NCBI GenBank assembly: GCA_963796965.1
Contig: CAWCNS010000006.1
Coordinates: 288,001 to 352,000, forward strand
From: Calditrichia bacterium
GTDB taxonomy: Bacteria; Calditrichota; Calditrichia; JAJRVZ01
DNA: 64,000 bases
Reading direction: 5' to 3'
Each line of letters starts with the position of its first letter. Position 1 is the first letter of the stretch. Of this stretch, positions 32,958 to 43,839 are shown one piece after another. The position numbers were made by a program, and so were the translations under genes. The notes below the pieces were generated by a model, which was given only the letters and a program-made list of their open reading frames with translations, was not told where the DNA came from and searched no databases.

Positions 32958-35150
32958 TCATTCAATCTTGAAATAAACAGCCTCTCGGGAGACATTACCG
33001 GCACGATCCCGAACGGACACGGTAAATACATGATTGCCTTTTGAAAGATCCCTTTGAACAGAGCCGGTCAGAAGATCTTCTTCAGGATCCCATTCTTGTA
33101 AAACATAATTGCCATCCATTAAAAGATTTATGTCGTCTTCATTCCCAACACCGGAAATTGTATCGCGAATATCGAGCCTAATCTTCGGTGTCTTTTTGTA
33201 CACAACACCATTCCTGGGGCTTTTTATTAATATTTCTGGGGAGACCGTATCAGATGCGATAACAAACTTACCCAGAGAGGATGATTTTACATGAAATTCC
33301 ATCTTGTCCATATCGATTTTCGATGATAAATACGATAATCGGTCAATACCATTCGTCTTATATACTCCCCAGTTTCCCCAATCCGGTAGGGAATCTGCTC
33401 TTATACGTATAGAAAGTGCCTTGAAAATAGGGAAATTATGAGGCAAGACTTTAAAGATATTACTTGCGATGGGAAATTCACTCAACACCGTATCAGATTC
33501 TAATAATTCAGCTGTAATAAGGTTTGTGTCTAAAACCGATCCGGCATATGAGGTTATAACCAGGGAGGAATCAAACCAAACGCTTGTCTTCATCGTTTCT
33601 GGTAATAATGATTGATAATCAAGATCTTTGCTCCAGAATTTGCCTGAACTCCCAATTATCATTAATGCTGATGGCTTTCCAGTAATATCTTCTGCTGGAA
33701 TTAGAACCTCGGTTCCGCCTCCCGGAGGTAGGGATCTTTTAAGTTTTACATTTTCAGGAAAAAGACTGATACTATTTTCAGAAATTATTTCCGGGGATTC
33801 AACAACAAGATATTTTCCCTGGGAATGAATATTATAATCAATATCTTCAGAAATATTATTTGAACCAACTGTTAGGATCTCATCAATATTTGTATTAACG
33901 GTTATTTTCAACTGGGATACTAAACTATCGTCAAGACTAATCCGTGCCTTAATAATATTTCCAGGTAGGCTAATTTGTCCTTCTAATATTTCGAAATAAT
34001 CTGCCGATTTCCACTTTGTTTTATTGTTGCGAGTAGAGAATTTCAAGTCATTTATTCTGGGTGCTGTGAAATCAAGATAAATCCACTTTCCCTCTTTTCT
34101 AACTTCATTAATATTTATTGACTTCATCTTAGCAGGGATAATTTCGCCCCGAATGATGCTACGGTTATTTTTAAAATCGATAATGGAAATTGTAAAGGGG
34201 ATGATTTCCTGTTTAATTTCAATAGATCCATCACTGTTTAAAGACCGATCATAAAAGAGTAAGGGATTATAGGGTTCAAGGTACAGTTTATTATATCGTT
34301 CTCTTTTGCTGACAAGCCATGGATAGTATAATTCTGTGTTTATATGTGCTGTTGTATTATAATCTAACTCATCATAGGTGATCTGAAAAGATTTTACACT
34401 GTTAATTTCAAGTGTGGATTGGTAGAATCCATATTTATTATGAACATCATCAGCCTGGTCATACCCTTTAATGGCTAATCCGACTTTTCCCTCCACATAA
34501 AGTGGTTTCTTTATAACATATACATCATCCTTAATATAATTTACAGGGATACTAAGTGGTAAATAACTTCCATTGATCTTTGTCTCTTTTGATAAAGGTA
34601 TAACGGCTAATGCTATCAATCTGGGTGGTATATGATCTTTGATCTGGGAATAATATTTTTGTGGATTAACCGGATTATCATCTTTATTTCTGATCTCAAA
34701 ATGTAAATGCGGCACTCCAATGCCCGTTCTGCCACTGTAGGCAATAATTTCACCTTTCTTAACCTTCATATTTTCGGGCCACCAATTCAACCTATATTTT
34801 TCATTTTTAAACTGTATTGCCCTTACTTGTTTATCAATTTTATCTGTAAACTTTTGCAGATGTGCATAAATGGCTGTATTGCCGTCTTTTAATTGAATAT
34901 AGATGACTTTACCATAACCAAAGGGTGAAACGCGAATCCGTTTTACATATCCGTCCTCAACCGCATAACAGGGATAGCCTTCAGTATTCCAGGTCTTGAT
35001 GTCGATAGCGGCATGATAATGCCCCGGCCGGTATTCACAAAAACTGGACGAGAGGTATTCACTGGCATTCGTCGGCCATAGATAGTCCTGAGATAATATT
35101 AATTTCGGGAGCAACACGAGCAAAACGATTGATAAAAGATTACCAATCAT
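32958..35150 (-). CDS. M23 family metallopeptidase with C-terminal Ig-like domain
   Basis: Signal peptide from MIGN; HYHAAID, YAHL, PHLHFEIR zinc motifs; tail SVRDRAGN. Confidence 0.9.
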   Translation of the reverse strand: MIGNLLSIVLLVLLPKLILSQDYLWPTNASEYLSSSFCEYRPGHYHAAIDIKTWNTEGYPCYAVEDGYVKRIRVSPFGYGKVIYIQLKDGNTAIYAHLQKFTDKIDKQVRAIQFKNEKYRLNWWPENMKVKKGEIIAYSGRTGIGVPHLHFEIRNKDDNPVNPQKYYSQIKDHIPPRLIALAVIPLSKETKINGSYLPLSIPVNYIKDDVYVIKKPLYVEGKVGLAIKGYDQADDVHNKYGFYQSTLEINSVKSFQITYDELDYNTTAHINTELYYPWLVSKRERYNKLYLEPYNPLLFYDRSLNSDGSIEIKQEIIPFTISIIDFKNNRSIIRGEIIPAKMKSININEVRKEGKWIYLDFTAPRINDLKFSTRNNKTKWKSADYFEILEGQISLPGNIIKARISLDDSLVSQLKITVNTNIDEILTVGSNNISEDIDYNIHSQGKYLVVESPEIISENSISLFPENVKLKRSLPPGGGTEVLIPAEDITGKPSALMIIGSSGKFWSKDLDYQSLLPETMKTSVWFDSSLVITSYAGSVLDTNLITAELLESDTVLSEFPIASNIFKVLPHNFPIFKALSIRIRADSLPDWGNWGVYKTNGIDRLSYLSSKIDMDKMEFHVKSSSLGKFVIASDTVSPEILIKSPRNGVVYKKTPKIRLDIRDTISGVGNEDDINLLMDGNYVLQEWDPEEDLLTGSVQRDLSKGNHVFTVSVRDRAGNVSREAVYFKIE

Positions 35151-35166
35151 CCCAGTATTTTTTCTC

Positions 35167-35220
35167 TCGCAGAGTCGCAGAGACGCAGTATTTTTTGCCT
35201 TTTGCCTTTTGCCTTTTGCC
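35167..35220 (+). repeat. Short tandem repeats: TCGCAGAG-like x3 and (TTTTGCC) x4
   Basis: Read directly; TTTTGCC x4 at 35193-35220. Confidence 0.85.
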
Positions 35221-35284
35221 TTATGTTTCGGATTCTTTGTCATATATATTATATCAGTTATCATAATTTGAATTCACCTGAAGA

Positions 35285-37377
35285 TTAAACGTATATGGTA
35301 CATCTGCTATCAACGATTATAAGTTCTTTGTCTTTTTCTGACCAAATTATTGGGTTCAGATCCATCTCAACTATTCCCGGATTCTCATATATCATTTTGG
35401 AGAATTGAAAGATTGTATTTACAATTATTTCAGAATCAATAGCAGGATAATGTCTGAAACCATCTATTATTTTTCGCCCTTGTAATTCTTCGATCATCTG
35501 GGTTGCATCAATTTTGTCAATCGGTAAAACCCTGAAAGCCACATCCTTATATAATTCAACAAATATGCCCCCCAGGCCAAACATGATAATCTTGCCAAAC
35601 TGTGGATCTGATTTCGCCCCTAAAATAAATTCTAAACCCTTATCAATCATTTCTTGTACAACTACCGTTGGTCTTGTTCCTTCCGGTAATATTTTCTTCG
35701 ATCTTTCTATTATAGTATCAAATGCTTCTGCGACTTCTGACGCTGACGATAGATCCATTTTTACAAGACCCAAATCTGATTTATGAATGATGCCTTCATT
35801 GGCAATTTTTAATACAACCCGGCCTGTTTGTTCTTGAAAACAAAGAATCTTTTCTATTTCTTCTGACATGATATTGTGACAAATTTTTAGCCGATACTCT
35901 GAAAGCAGTTTAAATATTTCATCTAACCCAGCTTGTTTCGTGGTTAAATTCTGTAATTTCGGGCCCTGGACCTCTGCTAAAAACTTAGACGAAAACCCAT
36001 CAAATCGTTTTCGGATTTTTGCATATCGATATAGATTACCAAGGGATCTTGAAGCAGATTCCGGCGAAGAATAGACAGGTGTTTTTGATTGACTGAATAC
36101 ATCTATACCAGAATTTTCATCTTTAGCTGCCATTAATACACAAACAATTGGTTTGGTACTAGATGATAACACAGGATATAATTCTTCAGCAATTGCTCTT
36201 GGGTTTTTCATAACCGGGGGTTTGACAATTATAACCATTATCGCATCAACCATTGGATCTTTGACGACACGATTGCAGACATCCCGATACGTTTCATGAT
36301 TTGCGCTTGCAATCATATCTACCGGATTCTGAACAGAGGCTTCTGCCGGTAACATACTTTTTAACGCTTGAGTTGTATCATCTGAAAATTCTGCTAATTG
36401 TAATCTGTTTTTAACAAGTGCATCTGCTGCCAGAATTCCTGGACCGCCCGCATTGGTAACAACCGCTATACGGTTTTTCGTTAAGCCTTTTTCTGATTCA
36501 AAAATTAGAGCTGTTTCTATTAATTCATCTAAAGAATCACAGCGTATTATTCCACATTGATTTAAAAAAGCGTCAGTGACCAAATCATCAGAAACAAGAG
36601 CACTCCAGTATGAGATGACGCTGCTTTTAGCCCACTACTGGTTCGCCCCGATTTAAGGGTCAGAATTGGTTTCTTTCCTACAATTTCTGTACAGACTTTT
36701 CTGAATTCAGCTGGCTTATCAATGCTTTCCTGATATAAGATAATACTTTTCGTATTTTCATCCATAGCCAGATAATTTAAACAATCAGCATCTCCCATAT
36801 CCGCTTTGTTTCCGGTACTTACAAAACAGGAAAATCCCAGATTAAAATCTTTTGAAAGTTCTAAAACGGCTACTCCTAGGGCCCCACTTTGGGAAATAAA
36901 TCCGACATGTCCTGGTTTTGGCAATGTGGGCGAGAAAGTTGCATTTAGTAAAACCGCCGGATCAGTATTAAATATGCCCATGCTATTAGGACCAATCATA
37001 CGCATATCATGTTTATTTACAATTTTAATTAACTCCTGCTCGCGCAGATCACCTTCGATTCCCATTTCTTTGAATCCAGCACTAATTACAATAATATTCT
37101 TGATACCTTTAGAGGCAACTTCTTCGACTGCTTTAGATACACTTTCTTTTGGAAGTAATATGATAGCCAGATCAGGGATAATTGGTAGTCCCAGAACATT
37201 TGCATAGCATTTTAATTCATTAATAGACTCTGCTTTGGGATTAATCGGATAAACACTTCCTTTGTAATTCATCATCTGTATTGCATCCAGAAACATTTTC
37301 CCCAATGTACCCTCACGGCGGGAGGCCCCTATCACAGTGATGGATTTGGGGGAGAAAAGAGACTTTAAATCGTCCAC
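35285..37377 (-). CDS. ADP-forming acetate/acyl-CoA ligase, fused alpha-beta (CoA-binding plus ATP-grasp), frameshift near 36601
   Basis: LFSPKSITVIGAS, IGPNSMG, SQSGA, phospho-His AASSHTG, TNAGGPG, NPVD, HKSDLGLV, MFGLGGIFVELYKD, EMDLNP. Confidence 0.9.
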
Positions 37378-37590
37378 TATGAACTCCAAATTAAGTAAAT
37401 TTTAATTTATACTGTAAATATAAATGATTCAACCATCAACCTCTATTGCAAAACATTTCCAGAAGTGACAGATTTCATTATTGCATATGCACATAAGCAC
37501 AATGTTTGACACAAAAATAAACATGAAAAAATTTGACCAAAGGATTATCTGGTTCTACCTTTTCGTATAATGAATTAACCAGAAGAAATT

Positions 37591-38529
37591 ATGAACCAAA
37601 ATATTCCTAAAATATATGATGGAAAGAGGTATAACTCTTTTAACACTTATTTGAAGCGTCTCTATGGTCAGCGGGTGCAAAAAGTAACGGTTGATGCCGG
37701 ATTTACCTGTCCAAATCGTGATGGTTCTGTGGCCTTTGGCGGTTGCACGTATTGCAATAATGACAGTTTTAATCCCGGCTATAATGATGTCTCAAAAAGT
37801 ATAACCGAGCAAATTGGAGAAGGTACGGAATTTCTGATCCGCAGATATAAGGTTGATAAATTTATTGTTTATTTCCAACCTTATAGTAATACCTATGCCC
37901 CTCTTGATAAACTTAAACGACTGTATGAAGAAGCTTTGTCGGTTCCAGGTGTGATTGGACTTACTATTGGTACACGTCCTGATTGTGTCGACGAAGAGAA
38001 AATAAAATATCTGGCTTCATTGGCTAATGATTTTGATATCACCATTGAGTACGGCCTTGAATCAATCTATGATGATTCCTTAGAAAAAATAAACAGAGGC
38101 CATAATTACCATAGTTATCTGCAAGCATTGGAAATGACCCGCAACCGGGGCATCAAAATCTGCACTCACATAATTTTAGGATTCCCTTGGGAGGGCGACG
38201 AGCAATGGATGCATGAGGCGGATGTTTTATCTTCTCTACCCTTTAATTTTCTCAAAATTCATCAACTTCATATTGTTGATAAAACTGTCATGGCCCACCA
38301 GTATATCAAAAATCCTTTCAAATTACTCACTCTTTCAGAGTATGTAGAAACTGTTGTCTCCTTTTTAGAACGGTTAAATCCAGACAAAATCATTCAGCGT
38401 TTAGCCGGAGAAGCCCCGCCCCATATTCTTATCGCTCCAAAATGGGGAAAAAGAATTCCAGAACTTTTAAAATATATCGATGGAGAATTCGAAAAAAGAG
38501 ATTCCTGGCAAGGAAAATATTTCCAATAA
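37591..38529 (+). CDS. TIGR01212 family radical SAM protein (YhcC/YtqA-like)
   Basis: DAGFTCPNRDG...GGCTYC, YFQPYSNTY, IGTRPDC, INRGH, LKIHQLH. Confidence 0.93.
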   Translation: MNQNIPKIYDGKRYNSFNTYLKRLYGQRVQKVTVDAGFTCPNRDGSVAFGGCTYCNNDSFNPGYNDVSKSITEQIGEGTEFLIRRYKVDKFIVYFQPYSNTYAPLDKLKRLYEEALSVPGVIGLTIGTRPDCVDEEKIKYLASLANDFDITIEYGLESIYDDSLEKINRGHNYHSYLQALEMTRNRGIKICTHIILGFPWEGDEQWMHEADVLSSLPFNFLKIHQLHIVDKTVMAHQYIKNPFKLLTLSEYVETVVSFLERLNPDKIIQRLAGEAPPHILIAPKWGKRIPELLKYIDGEFEKRDSWQGKYFQ

Positions 38530-38543
38530 TTATAGTATGATAG

Positions 38544-38617
38544 TTGTCATCCCGAAGGGATCTTCCTCTGTGGATAATCAGTCGCAACAAGATGGAAGAT
38601 TCTTAACAGAATGACAA
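38544..38617. repeat. Repeat family C, GTCAT...ATGAC REP-like palindromic element
   Basis: ttgtcatcccgaagggatcttcc ... ggaagattcttaacagaatgacaa. Confidence 0.7.
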
Positions 38618-38685
38618 ATAAAATGATCTGCATTGGCAAAGGCCTCCCGTTTGGAGCGGATATGCGGGAAAATGGATTCTCTCTT

Positions 38686-39373
38686 TTAAGTATTAGAAAT
38701 AATTTCCTGATAGAACTCAGCCTCAGGAGATTCTTGCTGGTACAAGTCTTTAAGCTGAGAGAGGGTTTGTGTTAACCAATTATCATTAACTTCTGGCGGG
38801 GTAAAAAAAATAGCTGAAAACATTTGTAGTATCGACCTGTAGACAAGTCCGTTTGGAATCCGCCGTCGGATTCCCAAATATTCCTGAATCATCTCGCAAT
38901 ATTAACTTTCCTTCAGCATGGATCAGATCCTTTGATATTCCCTCATAAGCTTCACTTTCCTTTCCAACATCCAGGTTTATTACCCCTTTAATCTTATCCT
39001 GATCATACAATCCCATTGGTAAATGGAAGCGGGTTGATATAACATTTCCGAGATCCACAAAATTGTTTATTCGATACAATCCTTTGGTTTTCAAAAATCG
39101 TCTTATCATCGCCTCCGAAGATGGTCTGTATTGGGTAGGTTCCCAACCGATTTTTCGATACATTCTACGTACTGCTGAGACAACAGGATCTGAGGAAGGT
39201 GGATTGTCCGAAAATTTCGTGCAGATAAATGTTTCAAGATCTTCAAACGCTGGTTCAACAAGATCTGACTTTTTATTAATCAATACCTCAAATGCCGATA
39301 ATAGTCCTAATTTCAAACCTGGAAGTTTATCGCGAATAATTGGTGAGAATTGAATAGTGGGTTTTTTTACCAT
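38686..39373 (-). CDS. Stand-alone B3/B4 domain protein (PheRS beta editing domain-like), frameshift near 38815
   Basis: RRMYRKIGWEPTQYRPSSEAMIRR, INNFVDLGN, P.GLYD.DK, GIFGNPTADS. Confidence 0.88.
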
Positions 39374-39433
39374 TGTTATTGTATTTACAACTCCTTTAAT
39401 CCCACTAGGTTGGGTATTACAAAATAAAAAAAA

Positions 39434-39742
39434 TCAGGTCTTCAGCTTTCGACCAAGTTTCTTTTCCAGACTATCAATTTTGGATTCCATACGACTTTCA
39501 GATCCATCCCGATAATCGATTTTTATATGGACCCCTATTCTCGAACAGTCTTTATTCAGTTCTTTAAAACAATCACCGACAACTTCCATTACCTCATCCC
39601 ACTCACCCTCCATAATGGTTCCCATTGGTGTCAGGCGATAAGTTAATCCGCTTTCATCAATAACTTTTAGGACCCTGGAAACATAAGGACTTAAGCTTTC
39701 GCCCTTTCCTGTTGGACTCATTGTCATTTCAAGCAAAACCAT
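39434..39742 (-). CDS. MTH1187/YkoF-like thiamine-binding family protein
   Basis: SLSPYV..VLKVIDESGLTYRLTPMGTIMEGEWDEV..KIDYR. Confidence 0.92.
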   Translation of the reverse strand: MVLLEMTMSPTGKGESLSPYVSRVLKVIDESGLTYRLTPMGTIMEGEWDEVMEVVGDCFKELNKDCSRIGVHIKIDYRDGSESRMESKIDSLEKKLGRKLKT

Positions 39743-39743
39743 A

Positions 39744-40157
39744 TCATTTATTTCCTTTTACAAGATCAGATTGAATTGTATGCATATTGCTTACAGCCTT
39801 AAAAAGTACGATAAAATAGGCAAGCATAACGACGAAAAACAATGCCCAGCGTATGTTCACATGAAGTATTTGATACCAGTGTAAAAAAGCCACAGCAATA
39901 ATAAAAAGATAGATAAAAGAAAGCAGGCCGACCTTTTTTTGCAGGACTCTAAGTTCTGGTAAATCACCATATTTTTCCTTAAGCATCGCAGAGGATACAC
40001 CAAATATGGTTAAAGAAATAAATACAGAGATAACAAGATTCGTTGCCTTACTTAGGCCAAAAGCTTCAAAGAGAAAGGTAAAAACAATAAACATTGTCAC
40101 CGGCAAAAAGTTCTTCATTTTTTGACTGTTTTCTGCAATATCATTTGAATTTTTCAT
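39744..40157 (-). CDS. Hypothetical 4-TM membrane protein
   Basis: Four hydrophobic segments; tightly packed in the operon. Confidence 0.65.
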   Translation of the reverse strand: MKNSNDIAENSQKMKNFLPVTMFIVFTFLFEAFGLSKATNLVISVFISLTIFGVSSAMLKEKYGDLPELRVLQKKVGLLSFIYLFIIAVAFLHWYQILHVNIRWALFFVVMLAYFIVLFKAVSNMHTIQSDLVKGNK

Positions 40158-40164
40158 GACACCC

Positions 40165-41203
40165 CTAAATCAGATTAAACTTGCGGATACCCTCATATAA
40201 TTCACTTGAGGTCACCTTTAGTATTCCTGCTGCAGGGACGGCCAGCAACATACCCAGGACACCAAAAAACTGACCACCGATCAAAACAGCAAAAACGATA
40301 ATGAGAGGGTGAAGATTTACACTTTTAGACAATACCAGGGGCTGCAGGAAGATATTATCAATTAGCTGAACCATAGAAAAAGCAATTGCAATATATAAGA
40401 TACTAATCGGTGAGCCACCATTAACTATTGTTACAATTATTGCCGGAATGGCCCCGGCAACAGGTCCGATATAGGGAATTAGATTGGCCAAACCGGCAAA
40501 GATTCCAATGATGATAAAGTATTGGACATCCAATAACCAGAGGGCAATTACTGAAAGCAACCCCACTACAAAAGCTTCAGTAAATTGGCCTCGCAGATAC
40601 CAACCTAGTTGTTGATCGATTTTATGTATAACATTCAGGATCATTTCAAAATATCGATTTGGTATATAATGAATAAAGGCCTTTTTCATTTTCCGGCCAT
40701 CTTTGAGTAGAAAGAAAACAACAAAGGGAATAATTACCACATAAGTGACAACGGATAAAACGTTGGCAAGAATGGCTAATAACTGATCTGTCAGAAGAGA
40801 GATTGCGTTCTTTACCTTATCCTCAATGTCCATGTTCTCTACATTAATGAAACTTAAATTCTTTTCAATAAAGTCTTTTATGGTCTGGCTGATACTTTCT
40901 GTGTCCTCCAGATTCAAACTGTTTTGCAAACTAAACAGACTCTCTAAAAAAGCCGGGAAGGAGGGCCCATCCGATTATACCAAGAGTTGAAAAGAAAGCC
41001 AGAAAAATAATAATTGTCGCATTACCTCTGGAAAGACCTTTTGCCTCAAGATAACTGGCAATCGGGTCCAGTATGTAAGCCAATAATGCGGACACAATAA
41101 CGATCGTAAGTATTGAACTGAGGCTATAGAGGAGCCAGCCAACCAGGCCAATAAGAATAATAGCAACTAAAAATCGCAGAAATCTACCAATCGTCAACTC
41201 CAT
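40165..41203 (-). CDS. AI-2E family transporter, frameshift near 40939
   Basis: LLAYILDP, FFLLKDG, YLRGQ, NLIPYIGP, LHPL...GGQFFGVLGMLLAVP. Confidence 0.92.
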
Positions 41204-41742
41204 CAGGATACTCTCTTCCGTGAAGTCTTTTCTTCAAGCTCGGCAATTTTTTGCTTCAATTGTTGATTTTCCAGATTTGAAAATCTAAGCCGGTCACCTA
41301 TCATCTGAGCCAAACGATGTAATATTTTATTTCCCATCCGAGGATTTGTTTCTAGTAGGCCAAACAAATCAGATTGGAAAAATCCAAAAATTGTGCATGT
41401 ACTTTTTGCTGTTGCAGTAGCAGTTCTGGGGGTTTCTGACAACAAAGCAATCTCTCCAAAAAATTCACCATTTGATAAAACGGCTAATAGCTTTTTATCA
41501 GATCCAATAGTAATATTGATCCTTCCTTCTTCAATGATATACATACCGACTCCCGGATCTCCTTCATTAAAAATTACTTCATCAGTTTTATAAGCTCTTT
41601 TATGTAGAATTCTCTCTACAGAACGAATTTCTTTTTTTGATAGATCTTTAAAAATTGGAATCTTTGACATAACCGTGTAAATGTTTTGTTCTGTCTTTTC
41701 TTCTTTTCGGAATATATTTCCCCATAATGTATCATCTTGCAT
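41203..41742 (-). CDS. Cyclic-nucleotide-binding domain protein without HTH
   Basis: IFNEGDPGVGMYIIEEG, FFGEIALL..TPRTATA; C-terminal coiled coil. Confidence 0.9.
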   Translation of the reverse strand: MQDDTLWGNIFRKEEKTEQNIYTVMSKIPIFKDLSKKEIRSVERILHKRAYKTDEVIFNEGDPGVGMYIIEEGRINITIGSDKKLLAVLSNGEFFGEIALLSETPRTATATAKSTCTIFGFFQSDLFGLLETNPRMGNKILHRLAQMIGDRLRFSNLENQQLKQKIAELEEKTSRKRVS

Positions 41743-42018
41743 GATGATATCTCCCGGTATAAATATTGTGTTTTAATTTCAGTATTAATAAGTGCAAGCC
41801 GCAATTTAAAATTTTGCAACTGATCAGGCAAGCAGATTATTGGAAAATTATTTTTAATAAAAGGTAAAAAAAATTATAGAAACTCTAAAGACTCTGCGCA
41901 TCTTAATTCTACATTTTTTTCTGAAATTATCATAAAAAATATATCATATTTTGGGGTTCCTTCTTGCGTTATATATTTCAATTTACTAACCTAACAACCA
42001 TCCTAAAGGAACCATATT

Positions 42019-43749
42019 ATGCAAATTGGATTACTTGATTTACTTATCATACTGCTCTATTTCCTGTTTGTTCTTGTTATAGGTATTGTTTATTCCGGAC
42101 GAGCCGGGAAAAGCATTGAAGAATTCTTTGTATCCGGTCGGAACCTTCCCTGGTGGTTGGCTGGAACCTCAATGGTTGCAACCACCTTTGCTGCTGATAC
42201 TCCTTTAGCTGTGACCGGTCTGGTGGCAGAGCACGGGATTGCAGGAAACTGGCTGTGGTGGAACATGGTGATGAGCGGTCTCTTGACCGTTTTTTTCTAT
42301 GCCCGGTTGTGGAGAAGATCCGGCGTTCTGACAGATGTTGAGTTTACAGAGATCAGATATGGTGGCAAACCTGCTGCTTTTCTGCGGGGCTTTCGTGCCC
42401 TTTATCTGGCTATTCCAATAAATTCGATCATAATGGGATGGGTGACTCTGGCCATGGCTAAGATTATTGCCACATCTACTGGTCTTGATAAATGGACGGC
42501 CGTTTTAATTTGCGTGAGTGTTACCCTCGTTTATTCGATGTTATCGGGACTGTGGGGGGTGGTTGTTACCGATTTTTTCCAGTTTTTTATCGCCATTTCT
42601 GGAGCGGTGATACTTGCTGTCTTTGCCCTCGATTACGCCGGTGGCCTTGATGCCTTGCTTTTGAAACTGGATACATTAGAGGGCGGTAAGGATCAGGTGC
42701 TCTCCTTTATTCCAGAGATTGGCTCGGCATGGATGCCTCTCTCTGCAGTTATGATTTATTTAGCGGTGAACTGGTGGGCCACCTGGTATCCAGGCGCAGA
42801 ACCTGGGGGAGGAGGGTATATTGCCCAGAGGATTTTTTCTGCAAAAGATGAAAAGCATGGTATTTTTGCCACGCTTTGGTTTAATATTGCTCATTATGCG
42901 ATTCGACCCTGGCCATGGATCATCGTTGCCCTGGTAACCTTAATCGCTTATCCTGATCTGACAGATAAAGAATCCGGTTATGTATTAATGATCGTGGATA
43001 CCTTACCTCCTGGTTTAAAAGGATTATTGCTCGCTTCCTTTGCCGCAGCCTTTATGTCAACAATTAGTACGCAGTTGAATTGGGGCTCTTCTTATCTTGT
43101 CAATGATTTTTACAAAAGATTTATTAAAAAAGATGCCAGTGAGCGTCACTATGTGCTTATATCCCGGCTATCGACAGTGGTCATTTTGATAATGGGCGCC
43201 TTGACAACAATGACGATGGATACCATATCAGGGGCTTGGAAATTTCTTATGGCTATAGGTGCTGGAACAGGTCTTGTATTTATATTACGCTGGTATTGGT
43301 GGCGCATTAATGCCTGGTCTGAAATTTCTGCTATGATTGCTTCTTTTACAATTTCTCTTTTTTTACAATTTGGCTTTGGACTTTCATCAGAAGATCCCGA
43401 ACAATTTAGTTTTCTTATGCTTGTCACTGTAATCGGTTCGACAATAATTTGGGTGACCGTAACATTTGTAACCTCTCCTGAGAGTGAGGCAACATTGGTG
43501 AGTTTTTATAACAAAGTAAAACCCGCAGGAAAATTATGGGAAAAAGTGTACAAAAAACACCATCTTGAACCATCAGGGGATTCCCTTGGCTTATCCCTGA
43601 GAGCTTGGATTATCGGTATTGTATTTATTTATAGTTTTCTCTTTGCTGTCGGTAATATGATGTTTGGAGAATTTTTTGTCGGAATAATACTCTTCGCCAT
43701 CAGCATCTGCACAGCAATATTACTTTGGATGGATTTGAGAAAGTTTTGA
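42019..43749 (+). CDS. Sodium:solute symporter (SSS family)
   Basis: EFFVSGRNLPWWLAGTSMVATTFAADTPL, GGGYIAQR, AAFMSTISTQLNWG. Confidence 0.93.
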   Translation: MQIGLLDLLIILLYFLFVLVIGIVYSGRAGKSIEEFFVSGRNLPWWLAGTSMVATTFAADTPLAVTGLVAEHGIAGNWLWWNMVMSGLLTVFFYARLWRRSGVLTDVEFTEIRYGGKPAAFLRGFRALYLAIPINSIIMGWVTLAMAKIIATSTGLDKWTAVLICVSVTLVYSMLSGLWGVVVTDFFQFFIAISGAVILAVFALDYAGGLDALLLKLDTLEGGKDQVLSFIPEIGSAWMPLSAVMIYLAVNWWATWYPGAEPGGGGYIAQRIFSAKDEKHGIFATLWFNIAHYAIRPWPWIIVALVTLIAYPDLTDKESGYVLMIVDTLPPGLKGLLLASFAAAFMSTISTQLNWGSSYLVNDFYKRFIKKDASERHYVLISRLSTVVILIMGALTTMTMDTISGAWKFLMAIGAGTGLVFILRWYWWRINAWSEISAMIASFTISLFLQFGFGLSSEDPEQFSFLMLVTVIGSTIIWVTVTFVTSPESEATLVSFYNKVKPAGKLWEKVYKKHHLEPSGDSLGLSLRAWIIGIVFIYSFLFAVGNMMFGEFFVGIILFAISICTAILLWMDLRKF

Positions 43750-43839
43750 TTATATGAAGATAGAGCCCAGTGGAAGGGTACTAAAATTAATTGAAAATGG
43801 CATTTTTTTAAATATATTAAGGTTTCAAAAGACTCCGAT

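Noticed and set aside
35151..35264. Basic N-terminal extension (KAKGKRQKAK) of the M23 peptidase in the ORF track
   Set aside because: It is the translation of the TTTTGCC repeats; the signal peptide starts at 35150. Similar over-extensions affect ORFs starting at 21090, 32843, 45734 and 58391.
37591..38529. Radical SAM as the missing AmrS
   Set aside because: The CPNRDG...GGCTYC spacing marks the TIGR01212 family, not AmrS.
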